From Squalus acanthias (taxonomy: Eukaryota), in NCBI GenBank assembly GCA_030390025.1, contig CM059433.1, forward strand, positions 31,994,001-32,058,000: DNA of 64,000 nucleotides, given 5' to 3'. Shown piece by piece: positions 1 through 13,929 of this stretch. A program made the position numbers and the translations under genes. How positions within the stretch are numbered: the stretch's first letter is position 1; each line of letters starts with the position of its first letter. Under the pieces are notes generated by a model that saw nothing but the letters and a program-made list of their open reading frames with translations, did no database searches and was not told where the DNA came from.

Positions 1-859
1 AGGTCCTCTGTGAAACAGTTGTGATTTTAACAGGCACGGTCAGGTGGGCAACAACTCTGGCTGCAGCGAGAGGCACAGCTCACCCCAGGACTTCTTTAAG
101 TGAAGCACAGCCTCTTCACATAGTTCTCCAGACTTAAACCCTGGAACTACCCAATGAATCCAATGCAGGAGGGCTTCATCCTTCTCTGGTGATATCTTAT
201 GAGCCTATCCTCCACCTCGTCCTCCTCCGTACCAATAGGGATTCTGATTTTTCTAGAATAATTGTCCCTTCAATTCCCTGAGGGACTCAGCCAGTTTTGG
301 ATGCAAGCCAGGGGGAGGGGTGGGAACAACCAATCGCGAAGCAGCAGAGCGAAAAAATATTTTGCAAACCGATGGTAAAATACCGGAGATATGAGGCAAA
401 GTATCATAAAGACTATTAATCACTTTATTCAAGCACTTCCACTTTTGATCATCTGATCCTGGCAAGTTGGCCCAATTTGTACAGGTGTACTATATGTTGA
501 AGCACTCGGAAAGAATGGTCTCTGAGATGGGTGACATCTTCCTGCCATATCCTATAAGGGGAGGCGGGCGGTGGGGGTTGTGCTTCTTGAACCCATGCCC
601 AACTCCAGCTGAATTTCAGATGCTGGTAAAGAGGGGCGGATTCCTGACCCAAATTCCTCCCTGCCAGTCCAGATTTTCATGTGTCTGCAATGGAGGAATG
701 ATTGGGCTCAGATTCCAAGTCTTGGGGCATGCTGAAACAGTGGATGAACCTACTGACAATACACTTATAATGGCAGATAATTGGGCGATGACAAGGAGTC
801 AGAACCAGAGAATCAGTGGTTCGGAGGGTGGCTATCCACATAGATAACGTGAACAGAAT

Positions 860-1230
860 GGGGAGCTGCCACCCTGGAGCCAGAGTTGCATATACAGAAG
901 ACAAGCTACAGAAGTAGAGGTTCAGAGGTAGCTGTCTATGTTGAGGGAACGATACAGGGCGAAGCAACACTGAGGCTCTTAAAGACAGATATGGGGGAAT
1001 ATGCAGCAAATTCAAACAGAGGGGATATGATATTGTGCTCTCCGGAATCCTTCCAGTGCTAAGCAAAGTGGATGAGACTAACAGGGAATTGAGGAAGTTA
1101 ATAACTGACTAGCTAAATATTGCATGAGAAACAAAGCAAAGTTCATCAAAACCAGATTTTTGGAATAAAGAGAGCTGACAGAACAGGGTGGGCAGTACCT
1201 AAATACAACCGGTACTGGGATCTTGTGCGA
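860..1230 (+). pseudogene. Degraded SGNH-esterase-like ORF1 remnant of a CR1/L2-type LINE
   Basis: Translated fragments DIVLSGILPV (~1029) and GQYLNTTGTGIL (~1190) resemble motifs of LINE ORF1 esterases; broken by stops and frameshifts. Confidence 0.35.
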
Positions 1231-1233
1231 ACT

Positions 1234-1420
1234 TAAGAACATAAGAAATAGGAGCAGGAGTGGGCCATTCGGCCCTTCAAGCCTGCTCTGCCTTTCAATA
1301 AGATCATGGCTGATCTTCTACCTCATCTCCACTTTCCTGCACTATCCCCATATCCCTTGATTCCCTTAATATTAAAAAATCTATCGATCTCTGTCTTGAA
1401 TATACTCAATGACTGACCCT
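1234..1420 (-). mobile_element. CR1-type LINE/SINE 3' tail fragment
   Basis: AAGAACATAAGAAATAGGAGCAGGAG...GGCCATTCGGCCC is the reverse complement of the tail type seen at 24690-24765 and 54570-54612. Confidence 0.7.
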
Positions 1421-1956
1421 TCTTCCAATGATGTGAGAGTGAATGGAGAGTGGAAAGTGGAAAGCCTGCAGACTCTGTGCCGGAAATGGACTGAGAAACA
1501 GCTTGTGGCTGAGGAATGTGATGATCTGTCAGGTGGGAGCTTTAACTGTACATTTGAAGCTGTCAACTAATCAGCTGGAGCAATGGCTACTGAACTCCCA
1601 CCTCAGGTTCACAGATGTGGTCCCTGAACAGCGTGGTTCCCGTGGCCATGACGTTAAAGTTAAAAAGTAAGTTAAAAAAGCCTGTTAAGTGTCTGTTAAG
1701 TACATTAGAATGCATTTAATTGGGTCACCCGCTACTGCCTGTCGGGTCTGCTCAGCGCTGACAGACCTGACATTGGGAAAGGTGCATTGCAGCGGGATGA
1801 CAGCAGGTTCCAGACCCACTGTCAAAAAAAAGACCCGTCACCAATCCCGCCCGCTGACCCCCCGGAAAATTCCGGCCAATGAATTTACAAAACAGAAACA
1901 GGCCATTCAGCCCAACAGGTCTATGATGGTGTTCAAGCTCCACACGAGCCTCTAGC

Positions 1957-3822
1957 CACCCCTCTTGATGTCTTCTTAAACTGTTTCCCCTGCCTCCTCC
2001 ATCCTCACCCCCAACAACAAGTGCAAGGAGCTCATGAACTTCTTTGTCACTAAGATTGAGACCATCCAATCAGCTGCCTCTGCCACTTCCCTCCCTTCCC
2101 CGAGCCCACCGTGCCAAACTTCCTCTAAGGTCCCCCTACCCAAGCCCTGAACTCACATCTTTCTCTAGTTTCTCTCCTATCTCCCCTCATGCCGTCTTCG
2201 AGCTCATCTTGTCCATGAGGCCCACTTCCTGCTCCCTTGACCCTATTCCCACTAAAATACTGACCACCCAACTTCCCTTCCTGGCTCCCACATTAGCTGA
2301 TATTATTAACGGTTCGCTCTCCTCAGGTACTGTCGCCCTCTCCTTCAAATCTGCAGTCATCATCCCCTCCTCAATAAATCAATCCTTGATCCCTCCGTCC
2401 TTGCAAACTACCGCCCCAACTCCAACCTCCCTCTCCTCCTCAAAGTCCTTGAACATGTTGTCACCTCCCAAAATCTGTGCCCATCTTTCCCGGAATTCCA
2501 TATTTTAATCAGGTTTGCGCCCTTGCCACAGTACCAAAACGATTCTTATCAAAGTCACAAATTACATCCTATGTGACTGTGACAAAGGTAAACTATCCCT
2601 CCTCGCTCTTCTTCACCTGTCTGCAGCCTTTGACGCGGTTGATCACACCATCCTCCTCCAACGCCTCTCCGCTGTTGGCCAGCTGGGTGGGACTGCACTC
2701 GCCTAGTTCCATTCTTATTTATCTAATCGTAGCCAGGGAATCACCTGCAATGGCTTCTCTTCCCGCTCCCGCACTGTTACCTCTGGTGCCCCCCAAGGAT
2801 CTATCCTTGGTCCCCTCCTATTTCTCATCAACATGCTGCCCCTTGGCGACATCATCTGAAAACACAGCGTCAGTTTTCACATGTATGCTGACGACATCCA
2901 GCTCTACCTCACCACCACCGCTCTCGACCCCTCCACTCTCTCTAAATTGTCAGACTGCTTGTCCGACATCCAGTACTGGATGAGCAGAAATTTCCTCCAA
3001 CTAAATATTGGGAAAATCAAAGCCATTGTCTTTGATCACGGCCACAAACACTGATCCCTTGCCATCAACTCCATCCCTCTCTCTGGCAACTGTCTGAGGC
3101 TGAACCAGACAGTTTGCAACCTTGGTGTCATATTTGACCCCAAGATCAGCTTCCGACCACATATCTGCGCCATCACTAAGACTGCCTATTTCCACCTCCG
3201 GAACATCGCCTGACTCCGTCCCTACCTCAGCTCATCTGTTGCTGAAACCCTCATCCATGCCTTTGCTACTTCTAGACTTGATTATTCCAATGCACTCCTG
3301 GTTGGCCTCCCACATTCTACCCTCCATAAACTTGGTCATCCAAAACTCTGCTGCCCGTGTCCTAACTCGAACCAAGTCCCGTTCACCCATCACCCCTGTG
3401 CTCGCTGACCTACATTGGCTCCCGGTTAAGCAACGCCTCGATTTTAAAATTCTCATCCTTGTTTTCAAATTCCTCCATGGCCTCGCCTCTCCCTAGCTCT
3501 GCAATCTTCTCCAGCCCCACAACCCTCCGAGATATCTGCGCTCTTCTCATTCTGGCCTCTTGAGCATCCCCGATTTCAATCGCTCCACCATTGGTGGCCA
3601 TGCCTTCAGCTGCCAAGGCCCTAACCTCTGAAATTCCCTCCCTAAGCCTCTCCACCTCTCTACCACTGTTTCCTCCTTTAAGACACTCCTTAAAGCCTAC
3701 CTCTTATCTGCCCTAATATCTCCTTATGTGGCTCAGCATCAAATTTTGTTTGATAATGCTCCTGTGAACCGCCTTGGGACATTTTATTATGTTAAAGGCG
3801 CTATATAAATGCAAGTTGCTGT
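1957..3822 (+). mobile_element. L2-clade LINE, 5'-truncated (RT pseudogene plus 3' tail)
   Basis: Frameshifted RT motifs [37 protein letters not shown] and LHWLPVKQR; ends in the GCGCTATATAAATGCAAGTTG(YTG) tail. Confidence 0.9.
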
Positions 3823-4450
3823 TCTAACCCCATCAACATATCCTTCTATCCCTTTCTCCCTTATGTGCTTATCTCGCTTCCCCTTAAATGCATCTATGCT
3901 ACTTGCCTCAACTACTCCTTGTTATAGTGAGTGCCAGATTCTAACCACTCTCTGGGTGAAGAAGTTTCTCCTTTGTAAATACGGAGACCATAACTGTTCA
4001 CAATGCTCCAAGTGTGGTCTAACCAAGATTCCATACAAGTTTAACATAACTTCTCTACTTTTCCATTCTATCCCTCTAGAAATGACCCTCAGTGCTTTGG
4101 TTTTTTTTCTGGCATTATCAACCTGCGTTGCTACTTTTAGTGATTTGTGTATCTGTATCCCAAGATCCCTCTGTTCCTCTACCCCATTTAGACACTTATT
4201 TGCCAAGAATATGTGGCCTCCTTTTTTTTCCTACCAAAATGTACTACCTCACACTTGTCTATATTGAAGTTCATTTGCCAATTACACGCCTAATTCTGCA
4301 AGTTTATTAATGTCTTCTTGTATTTTGTCGCAGTCCTTCTCTCTATTAACTACACCCCCCAATTTGGTGTCATTCGCAAATTTTGAAATCGTACTTCCTA
4401 CTCCCGAGTCCAAATCATTTATGTAAATGGTGAACAACAGTTGTCCCACC
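3823..4450 (-). mobile_element. CR1 LINE RT fragment, internally deleted
   Basis: LLFTIYINDLD..ISKFANDTKLGG and EQRDLGIQIH..LVRPHLEHCEQLWSP in minus-strand ORFs. Confidence 0.85.
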
Positions 4451-4723
4451 ACTTCCCACCTTTTGCCAGTCAGATTAACAAGGCGAAATAGGTATGAGGG
4501 CGAATGACAGAATGAGTCCTGGACTGTGGATAAGAACGATGAAGAAAGAAGCAAGAAAGCAGCATCACAGAAGCGTCACATTACTCAGACAGCCAGACCA
4601 GGCAAACATATAAGGAGATTAATGAGACTAAAATCAGATTCATATTAAATCCAGAAGGATTAAAAAATAAGTGGTGGAGCGAGAGGCATTGATGGAAACT
4701 GGTAATTAAAATGTCACAGGGAC

Positions 4724-6411
4724 TGTAAGGTTTCCAAAATTTGCAGATCCCCAAAACCTAAGGAAAAAGGACTTTGGAACTACCTCAGAGTGATAATATT
4801 GTATTTGAGCCTAACCTAAGAGACTGTAAGACCAAAAACCAAGTTTTGGCATTTTAAAACTATGTCTGGGCCTGTAAAGGAACAAGAGGTGGGTTCAACC
4901 TCTGTAAAAGCAGTTTTGGGTATTGCAGTTAATTGCAATTTCTGGGGAACCGGGATGACCTCACTCAAAGCCCCAGAATGCATTAACATTTTGACAATAG
5001 ACCCTAGGAGAAGACAGTCCCACCCAAAACAACAGGTCCCATCAAACCGATTACAGGGCCCATCAGGAAACATGCATAAATCAGAGCACCCAGGACTAGG
5101 CTATAGACCAGCCGAGAAACCCAAAACATGAAACCAATCACCAGTAATCAGCCAAGGAGATCGACAGGATGCAAACCATCCCAAAACCCATTTGACACTT
5201 ACAGAGCAGTTACTGGTAACAGGCCCACCAAATTCAGACAATGAACTGAACAGATTTGACGGGTAGATAAGGCCATATTCAATGGGTGACATTGAAGGCC
5301 TGTTAAAACCCAGTTAACGTGCTAGTAAATCATTACCGATTTACGAGCTCGCCAAAACTAGACAATGAACCGAGTAGATTTGGCGGGTAGATAAGGCCAC
5401 TTCAATTCTGTATAATTGAAGGCCCACCAGGCACACAGAGAGAAGAAGAGAGAGAAACACCACAGTTCAACGTCGTTGGGTCGAGCAGTCAGTCGCAACC
5501 GGTGGTCATCAGAAGGAGGAGAGACCAAGAAGAAGAAGGCCGAGCTGGAAGCGAGTCGGCATCGCTCACCACTCAGACACACCTGAGTCCAGCTCGCGAA
5601 GACACCACCTCGACGGACCTCCAACAACGGCCCCAACACAGTCACCCGGAGCAACAAGCAGCAACAAGTCACCGACGGCTCCACGAGGTCGACCGACACA
5701 CTAAACAAGGCCTAAAGCCATCGCGGAAACCAAAGGCCTCACGAAACCAACAACCGCGCATTACCCCCAACTGACCGGGTAATCGCAGGCCACCGCGACC
5801 AACAAAGACCAACTCCAGGGAAGAAAACCCGAAGAATCGCAAAGTTTCCACACTACAAACTACTCCTGACTTACCCCTGGGTAAGATTTTCCCCAAAGAC
5901 TCTAAGCCCTACTGCTAAACTAAAGAAATTGGGTACTCACCCGATAAATCCATAACGACATCCTACCGCATCAGCGGACTCGCGAAGACTGACCAGAGAC
6001 CCAGGTGAAGTCCTCTACCGCATACGGGGTACAGCAGACACTAACCGCCATAAACAGCGAACCCCAAAACCGCGATTTAGCCCAACTGTCAAAGGATTGG
6101 TGAGCATTATCCCTGGTCCTTCAAAACCTAACTTAGCTAGTAAAGTGGGGTTGGGAGGGGTGAAGTATTGTTCTACTATCATTTCCCTCATTTGTACCAA
6201 AGTGTTCCCCACCTTTAGAGTGATAAGAGTGTTATTATTTGTGTCTTACTTTTTAATAAAGATTGAAGTTCTTTCATTAAACTCAGTTGTCTGCTGCACC
6301 TTTTGTATCACAACCCCCAAATAAGTCCAAGGTCTAGAACCAAGGGAGTGGGAGCGATTCGAACCGCTCAGAAGTCAGAGGTAAAGCTGACACAAACCAC
6401 CACCCCCTACA
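4724..6411 (+). mobile_element. Solo LTR (1688 bp), distantly related to the LTRs of the central provirus
   Basis: TGTAAGG...CCCTACA ends; 4-bp TSD GGAC (4720-4723 and 6412-6415); TATAA ~5411; AATAAA 6255-6260; shares TG|GTGAGCAT and TAAGTCCA..AGAACC..TTCGAACC motifs with the provirus LTR. Confidence 0.85.
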
Positions 6412-7119
6412 GGACGGCACAGGCATGGTTAACCCAGGATGGTGCAAGTGACTAGAAAAGAGTTGGGAAGGATTCAGGCATGAAAGGTGTTGAGATTACC
6501 TTGAATATGAGGACCATCTGGGAGGTTAAAGTGGTTGAGCCAGCAACGTAAGAAAAGCCATTATTTGAAATTAAACCAGATGCGTTCAACAAGAAAAAGA
6601 GCCAGCGCTCCAATTGGGCTCCAGGCCCTGCTGCAGCCGAACTCCCCAACTCCAAGTCCTGCACCCCAACACAACACGGTGTTCATGCAGACATAGCGCG
6701 TGAATTTTAACCGGTGAGTGACAGCTGATGGGCCAAACACTAATGCTGCTGCTTTTAAACAGTAAAGTGGAAGAGCAGTGGGATCTTCATTTGGGAATCA
6801 GCTAATCTGCCAGTCATGGGTCTCAGTAACCACTTAAAAAAAACTTGCATTACTTGCTTGCAGGCCCTCAATATGTCTCAGACTCTGATGCCAGAAATGC
6901 TCCCTGAACACCAACATCACAATGGCTCCTAAAACACCACTCCAACTTTATATCAACTGCGTTCCCTCCCGAGTACAGCTTTCGGCTTTGGGCCCTGTAG
7001 CACTGCTTCCTTCTTCATATTTGTATTTCCTCATTCTCGTGAACCTTGCATTACTTGCTTGCTACTCTTGCCATAACTTTGACGGACCTGCGGTGGAAAT
7101 CCTGTTTACTGCACTTATT

Positions 7120-7423
7120 TACCGCTCCTCCAATTCTGTCCTCTTGCGCATTCCCTATTTTCATCGTTCCACCATTGGCGGCCGTGCCGTCAGCTGTCTT
7201 GGCCCCAAGCTCTGGAATTCCCTCCCTACACCTCTCCCCCTCGCCACCTCTCCTCCTTTAAGATGCTCCTTGAAACCTACCTCTTTGACCAAGCTTTTTG
7301 GTCACCTGTCCTAATTTCTCCTTATGTGGCTCGGTGTCAGATTTTGTCTGATAAAACGCTCCTGTGAAGCGCCTTGGGACATTTTACTATGTTAAAGGCG
7401 CTATATAAATGCACGTTGTTGTT
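7120..7423 (+). mobile_element. L2 LINE 3' end fragment
   Basis: Similar to 3540-3822 (RSTIGGRAVSCLGPKLWNSLP plus tail). Confidence 0.85.
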
Positions 7424-8659
7424 ATACACTGTAGCTGGTCAGGGATGGAATAATGCAGGTTATGTTACATTAATTTCAGAGGTATTGCTAGATTATATCA
7501 GACGGTCATGGAGATATTTCAGTATCTTGGAAGTTTTACCTGACTTCTGGGGATTAAATAATTCAAATTGAGTCCATGAAAGGGCAATTGTAATGGTCTA
7601 CACAGCAACAGGCGTCATCTCATATCTTTTTTTATGTTCTTAAAGATAGCTGCAAGAGCTGATAGGAGAGGAAAACTCTGATGAAAATGTGTTCCTAATT
7701 CCCATAATAGTATTCTGCACGGCCTATGTCCACCCAGTGATGGACTCCAGTAGGTATATTTTCCAAGCTCCAGAGACAAAACATGTTCCCTTGCTTTTGC
7801 ATTTAGAATACTTTAAAACCCACTTGATCAGTGAAGTGTATTAGAGCATCATCCTGGATTCCAAATTCCATTCCCTGTAGATGGTGTCCATAGTGTCAAT
7901 CTGTACACCTCATTATGCCTATTCATAGTCACTGTTCCCTAAGCCAAACCTCTAGGTTGATACCAGAAATACATGAGCTACAGTTGCAATGTAACTTGCA
8001 CTATCAATCCAAAAATTCTGCTTAGAATCCAGACAGCAAGGCTTTACACAGCACTCGCCCTGATTGGCAAGCTCTTCCCCAGATAATATAATGATCTGGA
8101 ACTCTGCACCCAGTATGCATAAGTCCAAAGGTAGAAACAATCTCATTATGTGCTGAACGAGAGTTGTTGGACAATGCATTAAGTCACAGGAAAACTTTGG
8201 GCTATGGTGCCCCTGCACAAACTCGCTAGGCTTTTTTGGACTCGTACCATCTCAGAGATCATTTCTCTCACTTACAGCCGCTTCTGCACATGCACAAGGG
8301 GAATGTATTTGTATATGTATGTATTTTGCATCTATATAAAGCCAAAGAAGTGTCCTCTGATAGCTTAGCTGCTTAAGGCAAAAGCTATGCAGGCCGTGAA
8401 AGTCTCAGTTTCAGTCTGCAGCCTATGTTGAGTTATCTGATGTCAGGCCAGAAAGTGGTGGCACTAGAACTGGCCTCAGCTACCCAAGTTGGAGAGGGAA
8501 AGTTGGCCAGTTCTGTGCCTTGAGTAGTCGGATCATATTTTATTGCTATTGCAGGCACCCTTACAGGCATGCGATCCACCCCACCTGATTTCCCTCGAGA
8601 CACCACATCCAGGCAATCCAATACCTCGTATCACAGTAACAGGAGTTTTGTTGGAGTTT

Positions 8660-10275
8660 CACTCCAACCTACCTCCCTCTGAACTTGCAGCACTCCATTC
8701 TCTCAGATCCAATCCCAACATTTTTATTAAACCTGCTGACAAGGGTGGTGCTGTTGTTGTTTGGCGAACCGACCTCTACCTAGCGGAGGCTGAACGCCAA
8801 CTCTCTGACATTCCTCCTACCTCCACCTGGACCATGACCCCACGACCGAACATCAAGCCACCGCTTCCAATTTCCACCCTTCCCTTACCTTCACATGGTC
8901 CATCTCCGACTCTTCCCTTCCCTTCCTCGACTTCTCTGTCTCCATCTCTGGGGATAGGCTATTGATAAACATTCACTACAAGCCCACTGACTCTCATAGC
9001 TACCTGGACTACACTTCCTTCCATCCCGCTTCCTGTAAGGACTCTATTCCATTCTCCCAGTTTCTCCGTCTCCGCCGCATCTGCTCTGACGATGCCACCT
9101 TCCATACTAGTGCTTCCGACGTGTCATTCTTTTTCCTCAACCGAGGATTCCCCTCTACTGTAGTCGACACGGCCCTTGACAGTGTCCATTCTATTTCCCG
9201 CACTTCTGCTCTCACCCCTTCCCGTCCCTCCTGGACCACGATAGGGTTCCTCTTCTCCTCACCTTTCACCCCACCAGCCTCCACATTCAACAAATCATCC
9301 TCCGCCATTTCTGCCACCGCCAGCATGATCCCACCACTAAACACATCTTCCCCTCACCTCCCCTTTCAGCATTCCAAAGGGACCGCTCCCTCCGCGACAC
9401 CCTGATCCACTCCTCTGTCACCCCCAACACCCCTTCCCCTTCGCCCGGCACCTTCCCGTGCAAGCGCAGGAGATGCAACACATGCCATTTTACCTCCTCC
9501 CTTCCCACTATCCAGGGCCCCAAACACTCCTTCCAGGTGAAACAGTGATTTACTTGTACTTGCAATTTAGTATACTGTATTCGCTGCTCACAATGCAGTC
9601 TCCTCTACATTGGGGAGACCAAACGTAGATTGGGTGACCGCTTTGCGGAACACCTCCGTTCAGTCCGTAAGGGTGACCCCGAGCTTCCGGTCGCCTGTCA
9701 CTTTAATTCTCCGCTGCCCTGCTACTCTGACCTCACCATCCTCGGCCTCTTACACTGTTCCAATGAAGCTCAACGTAAGTTCGAGGAACAGCACCTCATC
9801 TTTCGATTAGGCACTTTACAACCTTCTGGACTCAACATCGAGTTCAACTATTTGAGACCATAACCTCTGCCCCTATCTTTTTTCCCATTTTTTCTCTCTC
9901 TCACATGGCAGCTGTCTTTCATTCTGTCAGTGCCATTTACACTTCATCTAGAGCCATCTTTGGTTTCTTAACTTGTCCCATTAGCATCTCCTTTTGTCTT
10001 GTACCATCATCCCTTTTGTCTCTTAATCTCTCCTGCCTTCCATCCTATCACAGACCTTCCCTTTTGTTCTTTCCCAGCCCCTCCCCCCTTTCCCTGCCCC
10101 TGCACTTGCTTAAAAACCTGTTCCATCTCCAGCTTTTTCCAGTTCTGACGAAGGGTCATCGACCTGAAACGTTAACTCTGTTTCTCTCTCCACAGATGCT
10201 GCCTGACCTGCTGAGTATTTCCAGCATTTTCTGTTTTTATTTCAGATTTCCAGCATCCGCAGTATTTTGCTTTTG
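8660..10275 (+). mobile_element. Penelope-like retroelement, internally deleted (RT and GIY-YIG remnants plus terminal region)
   Basis: IKPADKGGAVVVW, HYKPTDSHSYLDY and YIGET..GDRFAEHL..GLN motifs; colinear with 49457-52160. Confidence 0.9.
10141..10177 (+). ncRNA. Minimal type I hammerhead ribozyme in a Penelope terminus
   Basis: AGTT-CTGACGA-AGGGTCatcGACCT-GAAAC-GTT-AACT: core boxes, stem I AGTT/AACT, palindromic stem III. Confidence 0.75.
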
Positions 10276-10531
10276 CATTACGATAATGTTGGTCCTTTGG
10301 TCTAACAAGCTATACATTGCTGAGGTCACTGAGGATCCAAGACAATTCTGAGCAAATATGCCTCTAAATCAAGAAATATTCCCAATCCAGTGAACTATTA
10401 AAAAAAACATTTCCATGGATATTTAAAAGCCATCCAATCTTAAATGTATTGTAATGCACCAATCATTTCTTTAGATTTACAGTAATGGTCACAAATATTA
10501 ATGTTCATGATGTGCCTGTTGATAAAGTCTT

Positions 10532-13252
10532 GGGGCTAGAAATTCGGTATGTTAGTGCCTCCCGTTAATGCCTGGCAGAGGCGCTAAAGGGGTGTTAAGG
10601 GGTTAGCACCTGGGCGCGGCAAATGCAGCAACACCCCTGAGCTTCAGTGCTGGTTTAGTGCTGGCGCTGCCTCTTAGCGCCTGGGCCTCTAGCACCTCGC
10701 AGATCGTAACTTCATAAAGTGCGCAGTGCCCCGTTATCGCCCCGGATGGAATTTTTTTTTTTATTCGTTTATGGGATCTGGGCGTCGCTGGCAATGCAAG
10801 CATTTATTGCCCAACGCTAGTTGCCCTTGAGAAGGTGGTGGTGAGCCGCCTTCTTGAACCGCTGCACTCCGTGTGGTGATGGTACTCCCACAGTGCTGTT
10901 AGGTAGGGAGTTCCAGGATTTTGACCCCGCAACGATGAAGGATCTGCGATATACTCCTAAGTCAGGATGGTGTATGACTTGGAGGGGAACTTGGAGGTGG
11001 TTGTGTTCCCATGTGCCTGCTGCCCTTGTCCTTCTAGGTGGAAGAGGTCGCGGGTTTGGGAGGTGCTGCCGAAGAAGCCTTGGTGAGTTACTGCAGTGCA
11101 TCTTGTAGATGGTACACACTGCAGCTATGGTGCGCAGGTGGTGGAGGGAGTGAATGTTCAAGATGGTGGATGGGGTGCCAATCAAGTGGGCAGCTTTTTC
11201 CTGGATGGTATTGAGTTTCTTGAGTGTTGTTGGAGCTGCACTCATCCAGGCAAGTGGAGTGATGCCAGACTCGGTCAAATGCTGCCTTGACGTCCAGGGC
11301 AGTCACTCTAACCTCACCTCTGGAATTCAGCTCCTTTGTCCATGTTTGGACCAAGGCTGTAATGAGTGGTCTTGGCGGAACCCAAACTGGGCATCAGTGA
11401 GCAGGTTATTGGTGAGTAAGTGCTGCTTGATAGCACTGTCGATGACATCTTCCATCACTTTGCTGATGATTGAGAGTAGACTGATGGGGCGGTAATTGGC
11501 CGGGTTGGATTTGTCCTGCTTTTTGTGGACAGGACATACCTGGGCAGTTTTCCACATTGTCGGATAGATGCCAGTGTTGTAGCTGTACTGGAACAGCTTG
11601 GCTAGAGGCACGGCTAGTTCTGGAGCACAAGTCTTCAGCACGATAGCCGGGATGTTGCCGAGGCCCATAGCCTTTGCTGTGTCCAGTGCGCTCAGCCGTT
11701 TCTTGATATCACGTGGAGTGAATCGAATTGGCTGAAGAATGGCTTCTGTGATGGTGGGGACCTCGGGAGTAGGCCGGCGTGGATCATCCACTCGGCACTT
11801 CTGGCTGAAGTTGGTTGCAAACGCTTCAGCCTTGTCTTTTGCACTCACATGCTGGGCTCCACCATCATTGAGGATGGGGATATTCTTGGAGCCTCCTCCT
11901 CCCGTTAGTTGTTTAATGGTCCACCACCATTCACGACTGGATGTGGCAGGACTGCAGAGCTTTGATCTGATCCGTTGATTGTGGGATCGCTTAGCCCTGT
12001 CTATAGCATGCCGCTTCCGCATTTTAGCATGCATGTAGTCCTGTGTTGCAGCTTCCCCAGGTTCACACCTCATTTTTAGGCCGCCTGGTGCTGCTCCTGG
12101 CATGCTCTTCTACACTCGCTGTTGAACCAGGGTTGGTCCCCTGGCTTGGTGGTAATAGTAGAGTGAGGGATATGCCGCGCCATGAGCTTACAGATTGTGG
12201 TGGAGTACAATTCTGCTGCTGCTGATGGCCCACAGCACCTCATGGATGCCCAGTTTTGAGCTGCTAGATCTGTTCTGAATCTATCCCATTTAGCACGGTG
12301 ATAGTGCCACACAACACAATGGAGGGAGTCCTCAGTGTGAAGATGGGACGTCGTCTCCACAATGACTGTGCGGTGGTCACTGCTGCCAATGCTGTCATGG
12401 ACAGATGCATCTGCGACAGGTAGATTGCTGAGGACGAGGTCAAGTAGGTTTTTCCCTCTTGTTGGTTCACTCACCACCTGTTGCAGGCCCAGACTGGCAG
12501 TTATGTCCTTCAGGACTCGGCCAGCTCGGTCAGTAGTGGTGCTACTGAGCCACTTTTGGCGATGGACATTGAAGTCCCCCACCCAGAGTACATTCTGTGC
12601 CCTTGCTACTCTCAGTGCTTCTTCCAAGTGGTGTTCAACATGGAGGAGTACTGATTCATCAGCTGAGGGAGGGCGGTAGGTGGTAATCAGCAGGTGGTTT
12701 CTCGCGCCCCCTGCTGTATCGCTTCGCACCGACAACGCCAGCAAGAGGAGGCGTTGTGAACTCGGCAGGCCGCTTCGGGAGCAGTAATTAAAGGGAATGC
12801 TTTTCAGCTAGCGCAATCTTTATTATTTGTACCAGTCTGGTGCCTGCGCAAAGTTTTTAATGTTTAATTGGTGCAAGATGTCCAAGCCCTCCACTCTGTG
12901 AGTGTTTGGGGCTGTAATGGCAGTCGCCCAGGTCACCTTGCAAAACAGAACTGACGACAACTAGCTTGTGCAGCATCATTGGCCCTTCCCTTTAAGCGAG
13001 GGAAGCAGCCTCTGTGATGAAAGAGTGCCGTTCACAATGAGCTCGAAATTGTTTAGCGTTCTGCCGCCACCGCCCCGCTCTCGGACTTTAGCGCCCTAAG
13101 AGAAGTGGTTAGCGCTTGATTTAGCGCTCCACTTCCCTCTTGGAGCGCTAAAACCAAATTTCGCGGGAGGCGAGACTGATTCGCGCCTGGCGCTAATTTT
13201 CCAACTTTCAAAGTTTTAGTGCCCGAAACGGGGCTATACCCAATTTCTCCCC
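10532..13252. mobile_element. Non-autonomous Harbinger-type MITE (family 1) split by a LINE insertion
   Basis: TIR GGGCTAGAAATT...AATTTCTCCCC; the halves 10532-10750 and ~12700-13252 align with 56997-57885. Confidence 0.7.
10751..12700 (-). mobile_element. CR1/L2-group LINE (APE endonuclease plus RT), 5'-truncated and internally deleted; same family as 18471-21745
   Basis: LWVGDFNVH, SSDHRTV and NPANYRPISLLS motifs; poly(A) tail read as a T run at 10752-10762. Confidence 0.9.
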
Positions 13253-13929
13253 TCAAAAGTTTTCGTCAACTCTTCGGTATATGGGACTGTGAGCCTTTGC
13301 TACTGTTCCTAACTGGTATTGATTTCACAAATCCCTTTATGTGCGTATTAGAGGAAGTGTGAATGTTCCCTTCTAAGAAGAAAATACATGCTTTCAAGGC
13401 TAACTAGTTTGTGTGATACTAAAACCAATCACAACAGTCAAAATACTCGTTTCTGCCAACAAATATTGACCTTATTATTTGAATTTTGACACTCGGTGTT
13501 ATTCATAGCAACCAACCTACTCCAATTAGTTTAATTAGTTGTACAGATTAGATATAATTGGGACAAGAGTTATTACTTTAAGTGATGCCTGAAAGCAAAA
13601 GATATATGTATATAAATAAAAACACAATTGAAATATTCTAAGTTTCACAAATGTAACCGTAATTCAAAGCATGCAGCTTTTAGACTAGATTTTAGTTCGG
13701 CCACTTACCCAATACTTCACCCATTGAATTTTGAAGTAACATTTTTTTTTTAAGTGTTGCTCCTAATGCAGCGGAAAACAATATTAAGGGGCTATTGTAT
13801 GAGTCCTTGCTGCCACAGGGTTGCCTTGCCCAACATCAGCTCAGATTGAAAACTTAGATGTGTGTCACCCATGATTTTCTGATAAAAGAGTTTAAGCAGT
13901 CTGAAACTCTAATCTATGCTTCCACCAGA

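Noticed and set aside
4714..4723. CACAGGGAC before the 4.7-kb LTR resembles the provirus PPT end, suggesting a 3' LTR
   Set aside because: GGAC is duplicated on the other side as a TSD and no internal viral sequence lies upstream, so it is a solo LTR
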